This document shows positions 54,967 through 64,000 of a stretch of DNA of 64,000 nucleotides, piece after piece. Under the pieces are notes generated by a model that did not search any database, was not told the DNA's origin, and was given only the letters and a program-made list of their open reading frames with translations. Within the stretch, counting starts at the first letter, position 1, and each line of letters starts with the position of its first letter. Both the position numbers and the translations under genes were made by a program. Origin of the DNA: Eledone cirrhosa (lineage: Eukaryota); NCBI GenBank assembly GCA_964016885.1, contig OZ024740.1, positions 323,020,001 through 323,084,000 of the forward strand, written 5' to 3'.

Positions 54967-55122
54967 GTATAGCTGTCTATGGAATACTCAGCTATAGCTG
55001 AATACTCAGGTATAGCTGTCTATGGAATACTCAGCTATAGCTGAATACTCAGCTATAGCTGTCTATGGAATACTCAGCTATAGCTGAATACTCAGGTATA
55101 GCTGTCTATAGAATACTTAGCT
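54967..55122. repeat. Minisatellite built from TATAGCTG(TCTATG)GAATACTCAG sub-units
   Basis: About 3.5 copies of a roughly 43-bp higher-order unit. Confidence 0.9.
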
Positions 55123-55989
55123 ACTTACATTATCATACAAGGGCTGTAGCTGTAATTCAAAATGTCAGCCTTGTCACACACGATATCACGTTGAGTCTTT
55201 CTGGGAATTACGTTGATAATACAAATATCTGTGGTGTATCAAATGCTTTACATAATAATAATGTATTTATTAGCCACACAGGGGTCACATTAAGGAAACA
55301 TTAAAGATGGTACAGGACGATACAGTATGTGTGTTTTTTTGCGGGAGGGGGGGGGGGAATACAATTTATAACAGAGAATAAGAAAAATAAACATAAAAAA
55401 ACAAACATAAAATATTCCCCAAAGGTGAGGAGACTCCAAAGGTCACTCGTGGAGAAATCCCACTAAAACACACGATCACCCTGTCTGCTAGAGCAAGATG
55501 GACTGTACCTGTAATTGAAATTGTCAGCCTTGTCTCACCCAATGTCACGTTGAGTCTTTCTGAGAATTATGTTGATAATACAAATACCTGTGGAGTATCC
55601 AATAACTTGAATAATTATACAAGGTGGACTCTACCTGTAATTCAAAACTGCTACCTTGTCCCAAACCGTGTCACGCTAAATCTCCCAGAGTGTTTACATT
55701 AAGGCTACACATCTGTGAAATATTCAGCTATTTACTGTATAATACACGGGGAAGTCTAACTGCAATTCAAACGTGCAATATGGAATCCTGTCACATATTG
55801 TGTCACTTTGATTCTTCCTGAGAACGACATTAAGGGTTAGTTTCCATTTCTGTGGAATGGCTTGTGGAATGTTTAGTCTTTCGTGCGTTGATTTCATGAA
55901 CAGATTGTTCCGTTGATCCAACAACTGGATCATTTGACGGCGGAACCGACAGAGGTCCAACGCTCATATACACAACACTATACATGAGG

Positions 55990-56178
55990 GTTTCTGATAT
56001 AGGCACAAACCCAGCAATTTAAATTAAATTGACCCAAGTGCGTGACTGGTACTTTATTATATCGATGCTGTAAAGATGAAAGGCAAAGCTAACCTCGGCA
56101 GGATTTGAACACAGAATGTAAGGGGCCATGACGCTATACCGCAAAGCAGGGTACCTGAGTTCTATCGATTCTGCCAAT
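55990..56178 (-). mobile_element. SINE family A, diverged
   Basis: GATGAAAGGCAAAGCTAACCTCGGCAGGATTTGAAC...TCTGCCAA. Confidence 0.82.
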
Positions 56179-56696
56179 GCACTGCCCTTACAATATACAT
56201 AATGAAAGAAAACATCTGTAGCCATTTTAGAAAATTATCATTGTTAACATCGTTATTAATATCTATTGCCTCTTTACGGAGAAAGGCGCCATATTGTCAA
56301 CACGATAATTAACCGTAATAATAATAATGATTGTTAAAAATAACGATTGCTAAAAATACCGATTGTTAAAAACACTGATTGCATTCTGTTTCACTAATTC
56401 AAAACGATTCGCTTCATTAATAATAATGTTTAATTTCCATATTGCCTAACAGAATATATTTTCTGATTCTTAAATAAAAATCGTTAAAAAATTTAGTTAA
56501 CAAATATATTTCAATTAATAATTAGTTTCCATTTGCAATTAATTTCTTTGAATGTTTGTTTTGCTTGTTGTTGTTATTGTTATTGTTGTAGCGTCGGATC
56601 TTTATGTCGTAGAATATTTGTCAAACCAGATTCCATTTATAAATAGACAATGATCAATTTAGTTATACACACACACACGCACAATCATACATACGC

Positions 56697-56894
<198 letters not shown>

Positions 56895-57139
56895 ATTTCT
56901 ATATTCGTTTAATCCAATTACGAATTAGGGAATTTCGAATCACATTAAACTATTTTGATATTTTTGTAAACATGCAACATGATGGAAATTGTCAACGAAG
57001 CAATAAAAATACGTACACACACATATATATATATACATATACATCTGTTTATATGTATATATATATATACACACATAAATCTATATATATATATACACAC
57101 ACATATATCTATATATATAAATATATATATCTATATATG

Positions 57140-57205
<66 letters not shown>

Positions 57206-57885
57206 AGTATATATATATATACACATACATATATATAAGTATATATATATAAGCATGTATACACACACACATATATATATATATATTATCTGCATGTGTA
57301 TTTGGGTAGTGACTCGTATGTATGTATGCCACTCTGCATACATTCATGTATATTCTGCATGCAACCATATTTCTATTTTATCTGAAAAGATTTTGGTTAA
57401 AAGATAAAATCCAAAAGATCAGGTTCTCTACAATGCAACAATCCATCTTTTATAAATCTACTTAAAATGTCTGCCTAGTTCAATAAAGTCAAGAAGACAC
57501 GGAATTCCCTCAGTCAAACCTTGACATATTTTACATATTGATTTCTGTATAGAATAGGCACAAGCATGGCTGTATGGTCAAGTAACTCGCCTTCCAATCA
57601 CCTGGTTTCGAAGTCAATCTCACTACGCAACACTTTATGCAAGAGCAGTCTTCTGCAGCTTCTAGGCGGAACTGCAGAAACCTGTTGTATATACATACAC
57701 ACAAACATATTTATATTAAACGACGTTACTTTTAACCTGTTGACTTTCACTTCTTGGTTTTACTTTACTCCGGAGTAAACAGACTCACCTGCGTACTTCG
57801 TTGAGTGCTCTAACCTGCAAACTCAAGTGTCGGTAAGCAACCAACACATACTCAAAATTACATATGAATATATATATATATTGTT

Positions 57886-57922
<37 letters not shown>

Positions 57923-58534
57923 TTATATTTATATATATTTGAAATAGAGTATTATATTGCAATACAATTTAAGTGGTTGAGTAACTCACAGAAAACGTGT
58001 AATTTTAATGTAATTCTCAGGGAGATCCAACGTAACACAGTTTGTGACAAGTCTGGTCCATTGAATTATAGATAGAGGCCATCTGATGGGCTTTCAAACA
58101 GCTTCTGTCTACCCAGTGTTATCCAGAAGGATTTTATCGACCCGAAGTCCTTTTTAAATAACGCCTTCCCAAGGTATCACGCAGCGTTATCGAACTCAAC
58201 ACCTCATGAATACATAGCTAATGCATTGGCTACAAAGCTACGTCTAAACACACACATACTCACACAACACACGCACAGAGACACTCCACACACACACCAC
58301 AAACAAACATACACACATACCACATGCACACACCATACAAGACACACACACTATACACACAATCTACACACAACACATTCCCATACACACACCACATACA
58401 CACACACACACACACCATACAACCCACCCCCAACACAGATGCTATTGCTGTTGGGCCTTCATCAGTTCCGATAACGAATGCTACAAGGTACCACGCAGCG
58501 AGATCGAACTCGTTGTACCCGTGATCGTAATAAT

Positions 58535-58745
58535 TACCATGCTGCGTGCACTAAAGAGAACATTAAAAGAGCATGCCAATCTTTGATGGAAAGTAAGGAA
58601 ATGATGTTCTTACATAATGATGCTTGTCTTGGTAAGAATTGCTTTTTAGAAATCTCTGCAATATTTTATCACCTGCAGAGCAACAAAACAAGCAAATCTC
58701 GGTGGAAGTAACTTTAAAGTCAATTAAAACACCACTATGCTGTCA
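58535..58745 (+). pseudogene. Possible old mariner transposase fragment
   Basis: AACTKENIKRACQSL and ILSPAEQQNKQIS loosely resemble the mariner T.ENI..V and L+P.QK..R segments. Weak support. Confidence 0.3.
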
Positions 58746-58796
58746 TGAGGCAATAAAATTGATTCTCTATTCCTCTTTCACTCTCTCTCTTTTGCC

Positions 58797-58859
<63 letters not shown>

Positions 58860-58925
58860 TCACTCTTTCTCTCCCCCTCCTCTCTCTCTTTCTCTCTCCC
58901 TCTCTGTCTCTCACTCACTTTCTCT

Positions 58926-58987
<62 letters not shown>

Positions 58988-59202
58988 GTCACCCCCTATC
59001 TATCTATCTATAGCTCTCTTCCGCTCCCCTGCTCTCTATCTCTGTATCTTTCACCATCTCCCTCGCTCTCCCGTTCTCTCTCTCTCTGTATCTTTCACCC
59101 TCTCACTCTGCCTTTCCCTATCCCTTCATCTCATTCAGACCTGTCATTCGTTCTCTCAGCCTCTTTTCCTGCCTATTTCTCTCTGTCCCTCACTCTTTCT
59201 TC

Positions 59203-59271
<69 letters not shown>

Positions 59272-59665
59272 TCTCTCTTTCTCACATTCTCTATCTCTTT
59301 CTCACACTCTCTATCTCTCTCTTACTCTTTATTTCTCTGCCTCTCTGTCTCTCACATCGTATCCTCCAGCCGGTCTCTCTCTTCTATTGGTTCCTCTGTC
59401 AATCTCTGCCGGTGTACGTCTCTCTTTACATCTCGCCTGCACTAAATATGATCTGAGGCAAAACATAGAGAAGAGACTGTGAAGAAATGGGAGAGTTGTA
59501 GAAAGTAATACAATATATGTGTGTAAGAGAGAGGGTAGGGGTGGGGGGTGAGAGGACGAGAAACAGTTGTATATACATATGTATGTCTACACACACACAC
59601 ATATGTATATATATATGTGTATGTATGAATATATATATATATATATATATATGTATACATATATG

Positions 59666-59731
<66 letters not shown>

Positions 59732-59743
59732 TACGTATATATG

Positions 59744-59784
<41 letters not shown>

Positions 59785-59866
59785 CAGACAGTGAGAGTTA
59801 TGGGGAGAGGGATATATCGGAGAGGGGTGCAAGCTAGAGATAAATAATAATATGAAAAAAGTAAAA

Positions 59867-59908
<42 letters not shown>

Positions 59909-60358
59909 CACACATACGCACACACACACATACATACACACAAACATACAAGAAAGCGGAAGATATGGAGGGCAAAAAGCTCAACAATGATTGGATTGGC
60001 AGCTGTAAAAATTATGAAGATATTTGCCAAGAGAGGAATTATAATAAACAGCGAAGAAAGGAAAGAAAAATAGAGAAACAAAATGAAGAATTATTGGCAA
60101 CCAGATGAAATAGTTTCAGGAGAAACTATCGAAGACGCTAAATTTTTAAACACTATCTTTCTGCAATATTGAACAACAAGGAAGACAACTCCAATTCTTC
60201 AGTTCTTTCATCTCATATATTGCCCGAAAGTATTCCAGTATTACTCTGTAAAACAGTTTCACTTTTCCGTTTGTGTTTATATATAAAACATAAATACTAA
60301 TATATACACGCAGATAGATATACGTATATGTATATAAAAAAGGAAATATATATGTGTT

Positions 60359-60391
<33 letters not shown>

Positions 60392-60723
60392 GAGAGAGAG
60401 GGGGAGTGAGAGTGAGAGAGAGAGAGGAGCTGGAAAAGAGAAAGATACGGAGAAAGATAGAGGCAAAAAAAGGGGGAGAGTCACACACACATACATACAC
60501 AGGCATACAGACATATATACAAACATGTACACATATACAGAGCAAGAAATAGATTCACACACGCACACATGCACATATATATATATATATATATATATAT
60601 ACGCACACAGGCACTTGCACACACACACATATATCAACATATATATATATACACACGCACGTGCACATACACACACACATACATACATATATATATATAT
60701 ACATACATACATACAGACACACA

Positions 60724-60881
<158 letters not shown>

Positions 60882-60927
60882 TATATATATATATTCATAT
60901 ATATATATATTCATATATATATATATA

Positions 60928-61015
<88 letters not shown>

Positions 61016-61183
61016 CATTAGAGATAGACATACATACATATAACCATTCAAAGCTTCAAACACGTAATGATGTGTGTTTACTTCAATAACTTCCATTTAA
61101 ACTTTGTTTATTATTCACGACATCAATAAGTTTGGAGTCCATTTATGTTAGACATTTGCATATATATATATATATATATTGCA

Positions 61184-61251
<68 letters not shown>

Positions 61252-61255
61252 AATG

Positions 61256-61430
<175 letters not shown>

Positions 61431-61566
61431 TATATATATATATATATATATATTATGGAATACTGTTGGCTTCTTGCTACAATAATTTCTATACTTTTCT
61501 TTATATATATATATATATGCAAATGTATATATATATATATATATATATACATACATATATATATAC

Positions 61567-61633
<67 letters not shown>

Positions 61634-61648
61634 AATGTATATATATAC

Positions 61649-61733
<85 letters not shown>

Positions 61734-61766
61734 AATGTATATATATATATATATATATATATACAG

Positions 61767-61820
<54 letters not shown>

Positions 61821-62067
61821 GGAATACTGTTGGCTTCTTGCTACAATAATTTCTATACTTTTCATTTATATATAAATATATATATATATATATAAATTAA
61901 TAAAAATAATGAATAAACAAAGAAACAGTTCCTTATATTAAAAAATTCCTCATTTTACGATCGTTTCTAGGATATATATGTTAGTGTTGGTATGCATATC
62001 CTATAGATCTATGTAAAATGTTTACAAACTATCAGAGGGAATATACATACCTACACATATATATGCT

Positions 62068-62228
62068 GGACAGACTTGAAGAGGAAGACCAAGGTTAACG
62101 TATGTTGATGCTCTAAGGACAGACACTGGTCTGTTGGAGACGCAGGATATTGCAGCGATAATGAGGGACAGAGACCGCTCGAGAGAACTCGTCCATGGAT
62201 CTCTGGAGTTTTACCCGCCCTAGAAAAA
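62068..62228 (+). mobile_element. 3' fragment of an RTE-clade LINE
   Basis: Translates GQT*RGRPRLTYVDALRTDTGLLETQDIAAIMRDRDRSRELV..., matching the RTE C-terminal RGRP..TY.D.L..D...M.DR pattern. Confidence 0.8.
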
Positions 62229-62285
62229 AAAAATATATATATACACGGAGTAAAGTAAAAACAATAGATGTAAGTAAGCAGGTTA

Positions 62286-62527
62286 AAATTTCAAGGCATA
62301 TTATGCACGTAAAAAAATTCATTTTCTTATTCCCCTAGGGCCCGCATTAGGTGAAAACCTGCCTTTTCCTGCTTCATCAAGGAAAATCTTAGATTATCCC
62401 GCCATCAGAGTATTCGGTTTATTTTCTTTACATATTGTCCAGGCATGCAGTTTTTCCACGATTAGGTCTATTGGCGGCCTGCGTTCCAAAATATCTTATC
62501 CCGTGCAACGCCGGGTACCACTGCTAG
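62286..62527 (+). mobile_element. 5'-truncated copy of the same Helitron
   Basis: Near-identical to 63547-63597 plus 63808-63999. Ends CCCGTGCAACGCCGGGTACCACTGCTAG|T. Confidence 0.85.
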
Positions 62528-62873
62528 TATATGTATATTTGCAAGCGTTTAAAACCTAAAGCTAAGTGTGTAACTACAAAAATATATAAATTTCCCGCAT
62601 ACCAGTACCTAATTACATATTCATTCTTTCTTGTCTATATATTATGTGTGCATTATGTGTACATTAATGTAGATATCTATATAAAAGCTTGAAATTACAT
62701 TTACAAAGTCTTGTACGAATTTTGCGACATCTGATAAGTAGCAATCATCATCATCATAATATATATACATATATATATATATATGTCTTTCATTATTGCC
62801 AACATTATTGCCAACAAAGTATTACAGTACACACACACGCACATACACACACACACGCACATATATATATATA

Positions 62874-63999
62874 TCCATATATATAAAACTGAGGATGTCT
62901 GTCTGTGTGTGTGAGTTTGAATCCCTAAAACTCGAGAAGCACCAAACCAACTGTTTTCAAACTTTACACATGTAAGATTTATGTTTCAGGGAGTGTTCTG
63001 AGCAAAATAAAATTCAAATTATCAAAGCCCTAGGCACCGCATTAGACGATTTAGCGATCTCTCTCTATAATTCTTAGTCTTTCTCTTTTTAGATAGATAC
63101 ATACATATAACGTCGCGCCCTTATAATATCTATCTGTCTGGCTCTCTGCATCACGTCACTTCCCTGAGGATGTCTGTCTGTGTGTGTATGTGTGTCTGTG
63201 AGTTTGAATCCCTAAAACTCGAGAAGTACCCAACCGACTTTTTTCAAACTTTACATGTTTACATATTACTTATGTTTCAGGGAGTGATATGCACAGAAAA
63301 AATTCAACTGTTTGATCCCTAGGTGAAAAACTCCGTTTTTTCAGCTTTTTAGGGGTTTTTTGAGGCGTTACGTCAGACCGATTTCCTTGAAATTGTAACT
63401 ATGTATTAGTCAGGCTCTTCTTCATACCGTGAGCAAAGAAAATAAATCCAACTTTTTTATGGCCTAGGGCCGGCATTAGGTGAAAAACTTCATTTTTTCA
63501 GCTTTTTAGGCTTTTTTGAGGCGTTACGTCTAGCCGATTTTCCCGAAATATCACGGCATATTATGCACATAAAAAAAATTCCTTTTCTTGGACCCTATCA
63601 TTTGTTGCGAATTAGATATATTTTTCATTCCACAAGATGAAATCATATCAAAGCCAGCAATGTCTTTGTTTTAGATATTCAACTATTTGTTGAATTGTGG
63701 AATAGTTCAATTGTGGAATAGTTCAGTTTGTAACTGTATTTTTATTTGTGTATAGTGTGTTTGCAATTGTAAATGTGTATATGTGTATGTGAGTATTTTG
63801 TAAGTGAGGCCCGCATTAGGTGAAAACCTGCATTTTTCCTGTTTCATCGAGGAAAATCTTAAAGATTATCCAGCCATCAGAGTATTCGGTGTATTTTCTT
63901 TACATATTGTCCAGGCATGCAGTTTTTCCACGATTAGGTCTGTTGGCGGTCCGTGTTCCAAAATACCTTATCCCGTGCAACGGCGGGTACCACTGCTAG
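62874..63999 (+). mobile_element. Non-autonomous Helitron, complete
   Basis: 5' A|TCCATATATATAAAACTGAGG. 3' GC hairpin CCCGTGCAACGGCGGG followed by CTAG|T. Inserted between A and T with no TSD. Confidence 0.85.
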
Positions 64000-64000
64000 T

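Overview
Repeat-dominated, AT-rich animal DNA, probably from a cephalopod/octopus genome. That assignment is an inference from the extreme (TA)n/(CA)n/(GA)n/(AAT)n density, the TTAGGG-type repeats and the SINE families. I recognise no host protein-coding exon, and nearly all short ORFs in the track are microsatellite translations. The window contains two Tx1/L1-clade APE-type LINEs: one full-length but decayed (4.3-10.4 kb, minus) and one with its RT core deleted (42.6-47.5 kb, plus). It also has two tandem R4/Dong-clade restriction-like-endonuclease LINEs (34.1-41.6 kb, minus), about 15 copies of one tRNA-derived SINE, other SINE relics, a bipartite non-autonomous RTE element, Tc1/mariner-type MITEs, non-autonomous Helitrons, a degenerate interstitial (TAACCC)n tract and several hammerhead-ribozyme relics. 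Two signals stand out. (1) An apparent ATT-microsatellite-targeting system: the Tx1 LINEs and the SINE share a 3' motif (CCTTGTG..GAAA..(ATT)n), have 11-14 bp TSDs starting ATTATT and stack head-to-tail, while the Dong elements use the same microsatellite in the opposite orientation. (2) A perfect 190-bp palindrome whose arm begins exactly at the predicted cleavage site of an adjacent hammerhead-like motif.
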